A stretch of DNA of 64,000 nucleotides from an uncultured Verrucomicrobiae bacterium (GCA_963762565.1 CAVXLD010000005.1:256001-320000); one strand, 5' to 3'; counted from the stretch's first letter, positions 47,466-59,035 are shown. Notes: a model not told the origin generated them from the letters alone. A program made the numbers and translations.

Positions 47466-49995
47466 CTATTTGCTATTTCCCCTCCGCGCCTCGCCCACCA
47501 ACGCCTTACCAAACGCCCGCACGTCCTCCGCGGTGCCAAATGAATCGAACCTCTCCGCGAGGCGCGGCGTTATCTGCGATACATCGAGTTCACGTACCAA
47601 TGCCTTAATATTAGGAACTGCCGCGGCAGTAACACTCAGATCGCGTAAACCTGACCCAAGCAAGATCGGCACTGCGTCTACGTCGGATCCGATTTCGCCG
47701 CAAACGGACACCGAAATTTTACGGTTCCGCCCCGCTTGAATCGCCGGTTGGCAAATCCGCAAAACTGCCGGATGCAAGGCGTCCGCGTACTGGTTTAAAG
47801 CCGGATTACCTCTCTCCGCGCAGAGCACATACTGGGTGAGATCGTTGGTACCGAAACTCAGGAAATCGCATTCGGCAGCGATCTGGCCGGCGAGAATGGC
47901 GGCGGATGGAGTTTCAATCATGGCGCCAATTGGGGCAGGCCAAGTGTGAGGCAGTTTTTCCGAGGTCAATTCCTGGTGTAGTTCGCCGAATACTTTTCTG
48001 AGCCGAACCAGTTCGGAATGATCTGTAACCATTGGAACCAGGATCCTGATTTGGAAATCGGCCGTTAAACGTAAAACCGCCCGAAGATGCGACCGTAGAA
48101 ACGGTGGGTTTTGAAACAGGAGCCGAATACCGCGTACCCCAAGAAAAGGGTTGGCTTCATGCGGCACGGTTAAGAAAGGTAATGGTTTGTCACCCCCAAT
48201 ATCTAAGAGTCGCAGGGTCACCAACCGTGTGCCGAACTGGGACAAAGCATCTTGATAGACTGAGAGCTGTTCAGCTTCCGAAGGCAGTTGGTCGAACTTT
48301 TGAAAGAGAAACTCAGACCGAAACAATCCGATGGAATCTGCGCCGTACCGCAAAGCTGCCGCGACATCTTCCTTCGAGCCGGCATTGGCGGCGATGTTGA
48401 TCACGAGACCGTCTCTGGTTTTAGCCTGTTCCCGGCTTTGCGAGAGCGCCACTTCGAAGGCGGTTTTGCTTGCTGCTCGCGCCGCCTCAATGCTGGTGCG
48501 TGTCTCAGGGCTGGGATCGATCCAAAGAGTCCCTTTCTCCCCGTCGAACGCGACGCAGGCGGCATGCCGGATCTGATCGGCCGCATTAGCGGCGCCGCCA
48601 ATTGAGGGAAGACGCAGCGCTCGAGCGAGAATCGCACCGTGCGAGGTCGCTCCACCATGCAGTTGGAGGACTCCTTGGATTCCGGCGGCACCGATGGTAT
48701 CCGCTAGACTCGGGGTCAACTCATCGCACACCAAAATCGCATCAGAGCTATTGTCCGGTAGAGTCAGTTTTTCTGCGTGTTCTCGCAGTTCATTGATCAC
48801 TAACGAGCGAATCTCGCGAAAATCGGCTGCTCGCGCTCTCAGGTATTCATCGGATACTGCTTCCTGTTCAGCGGCTAAACCTGTGAGAACAGCGTGCCAG
48901 GCCTGAGCCGCGTTCTCATGTTGGTCACGGGTCCGCTGCTGAACTTCGCCGATAATGGTCTGATCCGTGAGAATGAGCCGTTGTGCTTCCAGAATCGCCG
49001 ACGTTTCTGGATCGAGGGTTGATCGCAGACGTTCGAATCGGTCGGCAAACGCTTTTTCGGCGCGGTTGAGTGCTCCCTGAAGCTTTTCAAACTCAAGTGT
49101 AACCCCGGCCTCGTCCGGCACGGGGTAGGAAGGAATCGGTGGCTCAAGCTGATCGAGAAAAATCGGGTGACCGATAGCGATCCCGGCCGAAACCGGGAAC
49201 GGTCGATCGGTGGCCGGGGCAGCAGGCCGAGGAGCTTTCGCGACCGGCGCCGCACTTTCTCCGAAGTTGTTTTGAGCGAGGTCTTTGATGGCGGCGAGAG
49301 CAGCTTCGTCGTCGGACCCGGAAACCTTAAACCGGACCTGATCACCTTGACGCACTTGGAGGCGGGCGAGGTCAACCAAACTCTTTGCTGCGATCGGTCC
49401 CCGTTTACCCGACAAATTTTCGATCTGTACCGTCGCTTTGAAAGGGACCCAGCGCTCTTATTAAATTTGCCGCCGGGCGGAGATGCAGACCGTGTTCGTT
49501 CTGAACGGTTACCTCGAGCTCTTTTCCTTCGGTAGCAGTAGGGATGAGTTCCTGCTCATCCGAGCGTGCGGGCTGCGCCGGCGTGATGTCATCTAGTTGA
49601 TCTTGTTTTGGAACCAGTCCTTGTTGCGCGGCGGCAGTGACTTCGGTTAGTGCCGAGCCAATCTGTATCTGAACCGCCGCCGCAATACTGCCCTCAACTA
49701 ATGGCCCAGAACAGAGGACCAGCGGATCTGTCATCTCAAAGCTGACTAACTCTTTTGCCGTCTCCGCACTCAGGATCGCGCTGCCCATGTCCATCAACAC
49801 CAGGACACCCTCAGGGGAACGAACCTTGAGGATCGCTTCCTGAATGTCCAGCGCGTCAGTGCCGAGTTCCAATCGGTCATCGCCGACGCCTCCTGCCGCG
49901 ACGAGCGGAATATCGGGTCCAATTGTCCGCTTAATTAAATCGACTGTCGCTTCAGCCAGGCGACGACTATGTGAGACTAAGACAAGACCGACCAT
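47466..49995 (-). CDS. dhaM: Multidomain DhaM-HPr-Enzyme I phosphotransferase (one +1 frameshift at about 49431-49439)
   Basis: VSHS (EIIA-like), GLHLRPAA (HPr), TSHGAILAR and GTNDLTQY (EI). Confidence 0.9.
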
Positions 49996-50077
49996 CTTTG
50001 AGTGAGAAGTGAGAGGTGATTAGTGATTGGTGATTGGTCGTTCTCGGCGATGACGGCGTTGACGGCGTATGCATCTG

Positions 50078-50725
50078 CTATTTGCTATTTGCTATTCCGA
50101 TCGTTTCGGCTGCGGACTGTAACAGGAAGAAAGTCGAGGTCGCTCCAGGGTCCTGATGATTGGCGCTACGTTCCCCGAGATAGCTTGCTCGGCCGCGTCG
50201 CGCCAGCAACGGGATGGTCGACTGAAGTCCGGCTTCTGCGGCTGCGACCGCCTGCGCGAGCGCTTGGTCTAACGGTTCGTTTGCTCCGATGGCACGTCTA
50301 CACGCTTTTACAGCGGGATGAAGCGCATCAACCATCGTTTTATCGCCGATGGCGGCTTTACCCCGCAACACGATCCCGGCTAGTCCCTTTTCTAAGAGTA
50401 ACAAAAATTCCTGTGGTGTAAGCTCCGTCTTTCCGGTGGTCACAGTGCTCGCTTGTAAGAAGAAGGTGCCATACAGCGCACCAGCAGCACCTCCCACGGT
50501 CGAGATAAGCGTCATGGCAACGATCCTTAAGAGCGCGCCAATATCTTTTCCTTCCAGCTCGGATTTCTTAGCCAGAACGGCTTGAAACCCGCGATGCATG
50601 TTAGCTCCGTGATCCGCATCGCCGATATCTGAATCGAGCTTGGTTAGGAATTCTTTCTGTTCAGCAATCCGAAGCGAATAACGTTCTATCCAAGCGATGA
50701 TTTGGTCTGCAGTGATCTTCGTCAT
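50078..50725 (-). CDS. dhaL: Dihydroxyacetone kinase subunit L
   Basis: IGDADHG, GDKTM, GRASYLG and DPGA. Confidence 0.95.
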   Translation of the reverse strand: MTKITADQIIAWIERYSLRIAEQKEFLTKLDSDIGDADHGANMHRGFQAVLAKKSELEGKDIGALLRIVAMTLISTVGGAAGALYGTFFLQASTVTTGKTELTPQEFLLLLEKGLAGIVLRGKAAIGDKTMVDALHPAVKACRRAIGANEPLDQALAQAVAAAEAGLQSTIPLLARRGRASYLGERSANHQDPGATSTFFLLQSAAETIGIANSK

Positions 50726-50733
50726 GAAGCGTT

Positions 50734-50827
50734 GGTAGGGCGAGGCTCCAAAGCGTATCCCGTTCCTTGGCGCGAAGGCTGTTGAGGGTTAGCACGTACT
50801 AAAGCGGTATTCAACATGGCCGAGCCG
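50734..50827. repeat. REP with a 69-nt loop insert (family C)
   Basis: gtagggcgaggctcc-[69 nt]-gccgagccg. Confidence 0.75.
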
Positions 50828-51055
50828 TTGGCCCGGCGTGTGATTGCAATGTTGGTTTTAGCCAGATCGTTTTCATCGAAACCATCAAGGGCGGGCCGAA
50901 GCCCGCCCTGACAACATCCCTGACTCGTGGTCGCGAAGCGATTCATACGAGCGCATTACTCCAACGCTCCGGTACTCCATCACTCCGCGCGCCAGGATTC
51001 GAGGACGAGGACGACGACGAGAACGAGAACGAAGCCCCCGTACGCGCCACGTGTC

Positions 51056-52057
51056 TCACACTCCCCAACGCAACGCCGGGGTGTGCACCGGTGCGTCCCA
51101 AAGCTTGGTCAATTGATCATCCAGCTTCAGTAACGTGATCGATGCGCCGGCCATATCTAGGCTCGTGATGTACGGGCCGACGAAGCTGCGGCTAATCTTG
51201 ATTCCGTGTTTGGTCAGAATTTCGTGTGCTTTTCTGTAGACGATGAACAGCTCGACCAACGGTGTGCCGCCCATGCTATTAACGAAGAGCAGTACATTGT
51301 CGCCGTTTTGGAAGGGGAGATCCTCCAGAACTGGATTGAGCAACATCTCAGTGATCTCGTCGGCCGATTTTAGCTTCAGGCGTTGCCGGCCAGGTTCACC
51401 ATGGATACCGATACCGATCTCCATCTCGTCCTCGGGCAGGTCGAATGACGGTTTGCCCACATGCGGCACTACACAAGATGTCAGCGCCATCCCCATGCTT
51501 CGGCCGTGCGCGTTAACCTTGTGACAAAGAGCGGCCGCCTCTTTCAAGGTGCAGCCTTGCTCAGCGGCAGCCCCTACGATTTTCTCCGCTAATACGGTGG
51601 TGCCGACTCCACGTCTGCCCGCGGTATAAAGGCTATCTTTGACCGCGACGTCGTCGTCGATGACGACGGCTTCGACCTCAACGCCTTCCCCTCGGGCCAG
51701 GTCAGCCGCCATCTCGAAGTTCATTACGTCACCGGTGTAGTTCTTGACGATATGCAGCACGCCTTTGCCGCCGTTCACCGCCTTGGTAGCCTCATGCATC
51801 TGGTCCGGAGTAGGACTCGTAAAGACCGCTCCGGGACAAGCGGCGTCCAGCATTCCTTTGCCAACGAAACCTCCATGCATCGGTTCATGGCCGCTGCCAC
51901 CGCCGGATACAATGCCGACCTTGCCTTGGATCGGGGCATCCGCTCTAACGATGTAATTCGGGTTGAAATGGACCTTGATCAGATCGGGATATGCGGCGCC
52001 GAGGCCGGAGATAGACTCGAGAACGACGTTCTCGGGGGAATTAATGAGCTTTTTCAT
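51056..52057 (-). CDS. dhaK: Dihydroxyacetone kinase subunit K
   Basis: [21 protein letters not shown] and GIHGEPG. Confidence 0.97.
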   Translation of the reverse strand: MKKLINSPENVVLESISGLGAAYPDLIKVHFNPNYIVRADAPIQGKVGIVSGGGSGHEPMHGGFVGKGMLDAACPGAVFTSPTPDQMHEATKAVNGGKGVLHIVKNYTGDVMNFEMAADLARGEGVEVEAVVIDDDVAVKDSLYTAGRRGVGTTVLAEKIVGAAAEQGCTLKEAAALCHKVNAHGRSMGMALTSCVVPHVGKPSFDLPEDEMEIGIGIHGEPGRQRLKLKSADEITEMLLNPVLEDLPFQNGDNVLLFVNSMGGTPLVELFIVYRKAHEILTKHGIKISRSFVGPYITSLDMAGASITLLKLDDQLTKLWDAPVHTPALRWGV

Positions 52058-52269
52058 AGGTTAGGGGGTGGGGGACGCAGAAGGTAAAGCGCGGAGCCGG
52101 GGACGCAGCTCCAAACTAAACCAGCCAACCGGTATAGTAGGCGGCCCCGCTCGGATGTCAATGGCGGTTCACGGCACCGATTTGCCGTTTCGCGTCTCCA
52201 CCATCCAGGACTTTGTTCTCGTCCTCGAAACCGGGTTCGGCTGATGCGACGTGCGATCGTCCAGCGCCT

Positions 52270-52539
52270 GGAGGGGAGCCGCTTTGGCGTGTATTAGTTG
52301 ACCTCGCGATATTTGTTCTAGCGCTCCCTTGGCCAAAGAATATCGCAACGGGCGGCTCCCGCGAATAACCCAGCGGTTCGCAGTTCTACAGGCCGCGTTT
52401 AAACGAATCGAAAGTCACAGGTAAATGCATCACGGTGGGTTATTCCCGGGAGCCGCTTGTTTTCACACGCCCTGGCTGGACTAGCACTGCGACGAAATGT
52501 GCTAGGGCGACGAGATGCGCACCAAAGCGGCTCCCCTCC
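52270..52539. repeat. Family A palindrome, divergent copy
   Basis: Same four cores and spacing as the other copies; loops diverged. Confidence 0.85.
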
Positions 52540-52684
52540 GGGCGCTGGGCGATGGCACGCCGCATCGACCCGCGAACCTTTCGATGACGACGACGAGGAC
52601 GGCTCGCCGCGCCGCAGGCTTGGCGGAGGCGGAAGAACGCCAAGCGCCAAACGCCAAACGCCAAACGCCAACGCCAAACGCCCA

Positions 52685-53269
52685 CTACCCCAGCTTCTCG
52701 ACCATCTGAAGCATGCGTTCGGTGACTTTGCGAATCTGGCTCGGTGTCAGGAACGACAGATGGAGCAGCTCCAGCAGCAACAAGCCTTGAGCGGCCAGGA
52801 ACAAGATCGCCGTATCCTCCATACTCAAGGACAGATCCGAGCACAGCGCCTGGAAATCGTCTTTGAATGACTCCCTCATCGGATCGACCAGCTTCGGATT
52901 GTTAGCGATGGCGGCGATCACGGCCGCTAGAACCGGTTGCTGACCTTCGAGATGCCGTAGCGTGCCGATGATATGAGCCTTCATAACAGCGTTCCGCTCA
53001 CAAGAGAGCGAGTCCGCCACTTTTTCTCGTTCCTCGCCCAACTGCCGAAGGGCACGCCGGATCATTTCCTGCAAGAGCGCCTCTTTGGAACGAAAATGGT
53101 AAAAAAGCCCCCCCTTACTCACATTGGCCTCCGAAGCGGCGCTCTCAAGTGTCAGGGACGCCGGCCCGTGACGGGCAACGATTTGTTCAGCGGCATGAAG
53201 AATGGCTTCCCGAGAATCTTTCCGCCGGCGCCGAGGCGCTGTGGGAGCGGCTGTAGAGGGTTGACCCAT
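52685..53269 (-). CDS. TetR/AcrR family regulator
   Basis: VSKGGLFYHFRSKEALL HTH; ATG at 53269 preferred because the upstream extension is repeat-derived. Confidence 0.92.
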   Translation of the reverse strand: MGQPSTAAPTAPRRRRKDSREAILHAAEQIVARHGPASLTLESAASEANVSKGGLFYHFRSKEALLQEMIRRALRQLGEEREKVADSLSCERNAVMKAHIIGTLRHLEGQQPVLAAVIAAIANNPKLVDPMRESFKDDFQALCSDLSLSMEDTAILFLAAQGLLLLELLHLSFLTPSQIRKVTERMLQMVEKLG

Positions 53270-53318
53270 AAAAGCAGAATAAAAAAAACCGGCTGGCAGG
53301 TACAGTAAAGAAAATTCC

Positions 53319-53558
53319 GGGTAGGGCGAAAAACTCGGCGCGCCCTTTGGGTGACTAGCTGTTAAGACTTTCCCGCGCCGGTTTTGAGCTGCGCCGTGCG
53401 GGTGGCCACGCTGTGCGTTTTCGATAGGACCGGCTGTTACGGCGAGGGGCATTGAGACATCTTGGGCAACCAACCACCGCACGGAGCGGCTCAAAACCGG
53501 CGCGGAGTAATCTCTCAGAGTTGCCATGTCATCGGCGCGCCGAGTTTTTCGCCCTACC
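53319..53558. repeat. GTAG-type long inverted repeat in the tetR/fdhF intergenic region
   Basis: gtagggcgaaaaactcggcgcgcc / ggcgcgccgagtttttcgccctac, plus inner arms. Confidence 0.9.
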
Positions 53559-53655
53559 GCCTGAACTCCTTGTCTTCTTGTACTCCTCGAACTCCTTGTT
53601 TACTATTTAGTACAGGCAGCGCCCCCCTTAATCGCTCCCCTGCCTGTATAGACAG

Positions 53656-55956
53656 ATGCAAAGGACAAAAGTGCCGCGAGCGGTACGCCCGGTTCCAAAC
53701 CGTTGGATGCCCGAGCTGTGGGCAAGCCTGAAGCCGTTCGGGTTAGGCGAACAACATGCAAACAACTTTTGGGAAGTGTTCAGGGCCATCTGGGAGAATC
53801 GAGATCAGCTTCCCTATGCGTATCGAGTGTTGAACGATGGGGTGTGCGATGGATGCTCGCTTGGGACCAGCGGGATGACCGATTGGACCATGAACAGCAT
53901 CCATCTGTGCAGCATCCGGCTCCGATTACTGCGGCTTAATACGATGCCGCCGCTGGACGACAAGATTTTGTCAGATGTCGCCCAGCTACGATCAATGCGA
54001 TCGCGTGATCTTCGGGCGCTGGGCCGCTTGCCGCATCCCTTGATCCGGCGGCGTGGAGAGCCAGGTTTCCAGCGAATTTCGTGGGATCAGGCTTTGAATG
54101 AGATCGCCGGAAAAATCAAAGCCGTCCGTCCGGAACGCCTCTACTTTTATATGACCAGCCGGGGCGTTCCCAACGAGACTTACTATGCTGCCCAAAAAGC
54201 GGTCAGAGCGCTCGGAACGAACAATATCGATAACGCGGCTCGGATCTGCCATTCCCCAAGCACCTTTGCGTTGAAAGCCGCGGTCGGGGCGGCGGCAACC
54301 ACTTGTTCTTATACCGACTTGATCGGGACCGACCTGGTGGTGTTTTTCGGCAGCAATGTCGCCAACAATCAGCCGATCATAATGAAGTATCTTTATTATG
54401 CTCGGAAAGCCGGGACCAAGGTGGCGGTCGTTAATCCTTACCACGAGCCGGCCATGGAGCGGTACTGGGTTCCTTCGGAAGTAGAAAGCGCTCTGTTTGG
54501 CACCAAGATTGCCGAACAATTCTTTCAGGTGCGCGCCAGCGGCGATCTGGCGTTTCTGAACGGCACCCTGAAACAGGTGATCGCTGAAGGATGGATGGAT
54601 GAGAACTTCATCCGTGATCACACGGTCGGATTCGACGAAGTGAAGAAAAACCTGGAGGCAGCTTCTTGGGAAGAGTTGGAAGCGGCCAGTGGGGTCAGCC
54701 GTGATCGGATGAAGGATTTTGCGCGCATGGTGGCCGACGCGAAGCGAGCCGTCTTTATTTGGGGCATGGGGATCACGCAGCACCTCGCGGGCGAAAATAA
54801 TGTGCACGCGATTATCAACCTGGCTCTGGCCAAGGGATTTGTCGGTCGGGAAGGATGCGGTTTGATGCCGGTCCGAGGTCATTCCGGGGTCCAAGGCGGC
54901 GCGGAGATGGGAGCTTATGCCACTTCGTTTCCTGGCGGTTTGGCGATTAACAAAGACAATGCAGCGAAGTTTGCTGCGCTCTGGGGATTCCCGGTTCCCG
55001 ACCAGGTGGGCATGACGACAGCGGATATGTTGGACGCGGCGAAACGGGGGGAACTCGATTTGCTTTGGTCGATGGGCGGCGACTTCCGCGAGGTGATGCC
55101 GGATCCGGAGTCGATCGAACGGGCGCTGGAGCGTATCCCATTACGGGTTCACCAGGATATCGTTCTCTCGTCTCAAATGCTGCTGGAACCCGCGGAGACG
55201 GTCATACTACTCCCGGCGACAACTCGATACGAAATCCCCGGTGGAGTAACGGAAACCAGCACCGAACGCCGGGTCATCTTTAGCCCGGAAATCCCCGGTC
55301 CTCGCATCGACGAAGCGCGTTCGGAATGGGAGGTCTTTTTAGAGATAGCCCGGTTAGCCAGGCCCGAGTTAGCGGGCCAACTCAACTTTCCCAATACCGA
55401 AGCGATGCGCGCAGAAATCGCGGCCGCCATCCCGGCTTACAATGGAATTCAAAATCTAAAGAAAAAGGGTGACAATTTTCAATGTGGCGGACCAGCGCTC
55501 TGCGCGAACTGGAACTTTGCTACGCCCGACGGGAAAGCGCATTTCAAAGCGGTGACTCCGCCGCTGATCGAGATGCCAGCGGGTGCGTTTCGAGTGGTTA
55601 CCCGGCGGGGTAAACAGTTCAACAGCATGGTCCACGAGGACATCGACGCCAGCACCACCGCGACGCGAGATACGATCATGATGAATCCGGACGATGCCAG
55701 AAAGTTGCATCTCAAAACTGGTGATCGGGCTTGTCTGCGCAACGATTTCGGAGTCTACGCTGGAGAAGTGTTGGTTGCGGATCTTGCCGCTGGAACGATC
55801 GAAGTTCATTGGCCTGAGGGCAACGTGCTCGTCAACCCGCAAGCGCGTTCGCCGTTAGCGAAGATCCCTGCCTACAAAGAGTTTTGGGCTGCGGTAGAAC
55901 CGGCTGACAACGCCGCCAAATCGGAGCCTGTATTGAATCTCCTAAGATTCTTATGA
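53656..55956 (+). CDS. FdhF/YdeP-family molybdopterin oxidoreductase
   Basis: GVCDGC, ARICHSPS, RGHSGVQG and TRRGKQFNS. Confidence 0.92.
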   Translation: MQRTKVPRAVRPVPNRWMPELWASLKPFGLGEQHANNFWEVFRAIWENRDQLPYAYRVLNDGVCDGCSLGTSGMTDWTMNSIHLCSIRLRLLRLNTMPPLDDKILSDVAQLRSMRSRDLRALGRLPHPLIRRRGEPGFQRISWDQALNEIAGKIKAVRPERLYFYMTSRGVPNETYYAAQKAVRALGTNNIDNAARICHSPSTFALKAAVGAAATTCSYTDLIGTDLVVFFGSNVANNQPIIMKYLYYARKAGTKVAVVNPYHEPAMERYWVPSEVESALFGTKIAEQFFQVRASGDLAFLNGTLKQVIAEGWMDENFIRDHTVGFDEVKKNLEAASWEELEAASGVSRDRMKDFARMVADAKRAVFIWGMGITQHLAGENNVHAIINLALAKGFVGREGCGLMPVRGHSGVQGGAEMGAYATSFPGGLAINKDNAAKFAALWGFPVPDQVGMTTADMLDAAKRGELDLLWSMGGDFREVMPDPESIERALERIPLRVHQDIVLSSQMLLEPAETVILLPATTRYEIPGGVTETSTERRVIFSPEIPGPRIDEARSEWEVFLEIARLARPELAGQLNFPNTEAMRAEIAAAIPAYNGIQNLKKKGDNFQCGGPALCANWNFATPDGKAHFKAVTPPLIEMPAGAFRVVTRRGKQFNSMVHEDIDASTTATRDTIMMNPDDARKLHLKTGDRACLRNDFGVYAGEVLVADLAAGTIEVHWPEGNVLVNPQARSPLAKIPAYKEFWAAVEPADNAAKSEPVLNLLRFL

Positions 55957-57209
55957 CCCAAGACACAACAAATCAGGGACTGCCCAACCGGTGGCTGCTG
56001 GCGGGCGGGGGTGTACTCATGCAGCTTGCTTTAGGCGCGGTGTATGCCTGGAGCGTGTTTCGGATTCCGTTAAGCAAGACATTCGGCTGGTCAATCGCGG
56101 ATGTGACCTGGGCGTTTTCATTGGCAATTCTAGCGTTGGGATTTGCGGCGTTCGTCGGCGGCCTTTGGATGCGAAAAGTCGGCCCGAGAGTCGTTGGGAT
56201 GACTGCTGCGATCTGCTACGGCTTAGGCGTCGGATTATCGAGTCTGGCGGGCGGCAACATCTGGATTCTGTGGCTTTCCTACGGGATCCTTGGAGGAATA
56301 GGCCTCGGACTGGGGTACATCGTTCCCTTAGCGACGTTGGTAAGGTGGTTTCCTGACCGGCGCGGCTTTATTACCGGCTTGGCGGTTGCCGGGTTTGGTG
56401 GGGGAGCATTGATCACCGCGCCGGTGGCTCAGCAACTGATTGTGAGCTTCGGCCCGCTTACTACGCTGGCGATTCTGGGTGTGGCCTATTTCATCATGGT
56501 TCTAATCGGATCCTCGATTATGCGGAACCCACCGGAAGGATGGCGGCCGGCTGGCTGGCAGCCCTCCGCGAAACAGCAGGAACAACTGGCAGCGCGCGAT
56601 TACACGTTGAAAGAAGCCCTCTCCACCTGGCAATGGTACGTCCTGTGGGCGATGCTTTTCTTGAACGTTACCGCAGGTATTAGCATTATCTCGCAGGCCT
56701 CCCCGATGGCCCAGGAAATCAGCGGAGTGAATGCTGGTATAGCCGCGGGGATGGTCGGACTTATCTCAATCGCCAACGGGCTTGGCCGGCTGCTCTGGGC
56801 ATGGTTCTCGGACGCAATCGGGCGGCGGAACGTCTTCCTAATCATGTTCCTGCTCCAAGCGGTGCTGTTCTTTATTTTGCCATCGCAACATGAGTTCACC
56901 GTGCTGGCTACGATTTGCTTCATTGTGATTAGCTGTTACGGCGGCGGTTTCGGCACCATGCCCGCATTCGCGGCAGATTTCTTTGGTCCCAAATGGGTCG
57001 GCTCGATCTACGGCCTGATGTTAACTGCCTGGGGTTTTGCCGGCGTATTCGGTCCGCTGCTCATCGCGAATATCCGTCAAACAACCGGTAAATATGATCA
57101 GGCACTGCTGGTTATGGCCGTGATCATGCTGGTTTCCGCCGTGCTTCCCCTGATTATCCGTGCCCATCGCGCGGAGCGGCAACCGGTGGGAGCAAGGGCG
57201 AGCGGATAG
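55953..57209 (+). CDS. OFA (oxalate/formate antiporter) family MFS transporter
   Basis: GAVYAWSVF, WFPDRRG and YGGGFG. Confidence 0.93.
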   Translation: MTQDTTNQGLPNRWLLAGGGVLMQLALGAVYAWSVFRIPLSKTFGWSIADVTWAFSLAILALGFAAFVGGLWMRKVGPRVVGMTAAICYGLGVGLSSLAGGNIWILWLSYGILGGIGLGLGYIVPLATLVRWFPDRRGFITGLAVAGFGGGALITAPVAQQLIVSFGPLTTLAILGVAYFIMVLIGSSIMRNPPEGWRPAGWQPSAKQQEQLAARDYTLKEALSTWQWYVLWAMLFLNVTAGISIISQASPMAQEISGVNAGIAAGMVGLISIANGLGRLLWAWFSDAIGRRNVFLIMFLLQAVLFFILPSQHEFTVLATICFIVISCYGGGFGTMPAFAADFFGPKWVGSIYGLMLTAWGFAGVFGPLLIANIRQTTGKYDQALLVMAVIMLVSAVLPLIIRAHRAERQPVGARASG

Positions 57210-57219
57210 TCGGAGAGGT

Positions 57220-57379
57220 GAGGCGAACTCGCCTTAGGCTCGTTCGAATGACAGATCACAAATGACAAATGACAAATGACAGATGACAGATCGGATCAGC
57301 TTTTCCGAGCTGCAGACGGACATTTGTCATTTGTCATCTGCCATTTGTCATTCGAACGAGCCTAAGGCGAGTTCGCCTC
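57220..57379. repeat. Long hairpin with (ATGACAA/G) heptamer arms
   Basis: gaggcgaactcgccttaggctcgttcgaatgaca is perfectly mirrored. Confidence 0.9.
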
Positions 57380-57408
57380 CGGGAATATTTCGGGCATTCC
57401 CTAGTCTT
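57379..57408 (+). promoter_or_regulatory. Candidate ECF-sigma promoter
   Basis: CCGGGAATA-N14-TAGTCTT; same layout as 59006-59035. Confidence 0.55.
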
Positions 57409-57596
57409 TCACCGTTGAGAGGGCTATTGTCCTCTGAAACCATAGGCAGGCGGGAAGGCAGTCACAAAAATGGCGGCCTAACCGTCGAATTGTCGTTTTT
57501 ACCCAAACAATCTTGGTCAGGTCTACCTCCAGAACGGCTGCCGAAGGGATCCTTCATGGTCGTTTTCTAATCGATCTGATCAGGTCCTTCGCTGAA

Positions 57597-58764
57597 ATGA
57601 AAATGTGTGACCAACTCGGGCGACCGGAGAGCGGCGCCGTCAGTTGCAGTAAATTAGGTGGTGTGGCAACCGCCGTAGCGTCAGGCGATCAAATATCGAT
57701 CAGAAATCTGAAGCGGCTAGCGGGAGCTGGCTTCATGTTGGCTGCCATTGGGCTGATGTCCGCCCAGGCCGCGCTGGCCGGTACCCCACTTATCCCGGTC
57801 CAAACCAGCTGTGTCCCGAAAAATGGTGACCTGAACCCGTATGGTGTCGCGTTTGTCCCGGCGGGATTTCCTAAGACCTTTAAGACCGCGCCGGGTGATA
57901 TTCTGGTGTCGAACTTCAACGCCAAATCGAATGTGCAAGGAACCGGCTCCACCATCGTCAGCATCACGCCCACCGGCACAGAAACCACCTTCTTTCGGGG
58001 GACTCACGGGGTTGGGACTGACGACCGCCTTAGGCGTCCTAAAAATGGGCTTTGTGATTGTGGGGAGCCTACCCAACGTCAACGGCACGATCGGGCAAGG
58101 GGCGCTTATCGTCCTGAACAAGCAGGGTTTGGAGATCGCGCGGGTGATTGACTCGAATTTGGTCGACGGTCCGTGGGATTTGGCGGTTGTCGATCTTGGT
58201 GAATCGGCCCTGGTATTTGTTTCATGTGTGCTGAACGGGACAGTTACCCGGATCAACCTTGCGGTTACGGACACCACCGTGACTGTCACCAGCAAGACAC
58301 AGATAGCCACGGGATACGCGTTTTCTTTTAACCAGGCCGCGTTGGTGGTTGGACCAACTGGTTTAGCCTACGACGGAAACAATGGTAACCTCTATGTTGC
58401 TTCTACCGGTGATAATGAGGTCTTTGCTATTCCGAACGCAGCCTATACCACCTCGTCAGTTGACAAGGGAACCTTGGTCTATAGCGATAGCACCCATCTT
58501 CACGGACCACTCGGCCTGTTGCTGGCTCCGAATGGAGATCTGATCAGCAGCCAGGGTGATGCCATCAACCCGGATCCGGCGCATCAGAGCGAGATAGTGG
58601 AGTTCACCACGACGGGCACGTTCGTTAGCGAGTTCGCCGTGGACTCAACGGCCGGTGCGGCGTTTGGGATCGCGGTCAACCCGTCAAGTACCGGAGGCGT
58701 GAATTTCGCTGCCGTCAACGATACTCTGAATACGCTGATCGTATTCGACTTCAGCAGCCCATAG
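57597..58764 (+). CDS. Secreted beta-propeller (NHL-like) protein; +1 frameshift in the G5 run at 57997-58001
   Basis: Signal AQAALA; NPYGVAFVP, GPWDL, GPTGLAY and GPLGL blades. Confidence 0.8.
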
Positions 58765-58799
58765 GAGCCGCCAAAAAAGAGGTCCAATGATTCCCTCTA

Positions 58800-58836
58800 C
58801 CGCCCAGAAATGCACCGCATTTCTGGGCGGCTTTGT
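58800..58836 (+). terminator. Probable intrinsic terminator
   Basis: ccgcccagaaatgc-acc-gcatttctgggcgg followed by ctttgtt. Confidence 0.65.
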
Positions 58837-59005
58837 TACACAGATTTTGACAGATCAGAACCAAACCTGCAATCCGGCCTGCACCGCATTGTTGTTAATC
58901 AATCTTGATTGTAACTGTGTTCTAATGTGTGCGTCTTGAATTTCGGATTCTGCCTTCAACTCATCCTCGATCGATTCGAGTTATTTCATCGACAGGTGTG
59001 TGAAT

Positions 59006-59035
59006 CCGGGAATAAAGTTTTGATCTCGTAATCTT
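59006..59035 (+). promoter_or_regulatory. Candidate autoregulatory ECF promoter (leaderless mRNA likely)
   Basis: CCGGGAATA-N14-TAATCTT ending 8 nt before the ATG. Confidence 0.6.

Noticed and set aside
57997..58001. Programmed frameshift or contingency tract
   Set aside because: G5 is too short and fits the local pattern of +1 sequencing errors.
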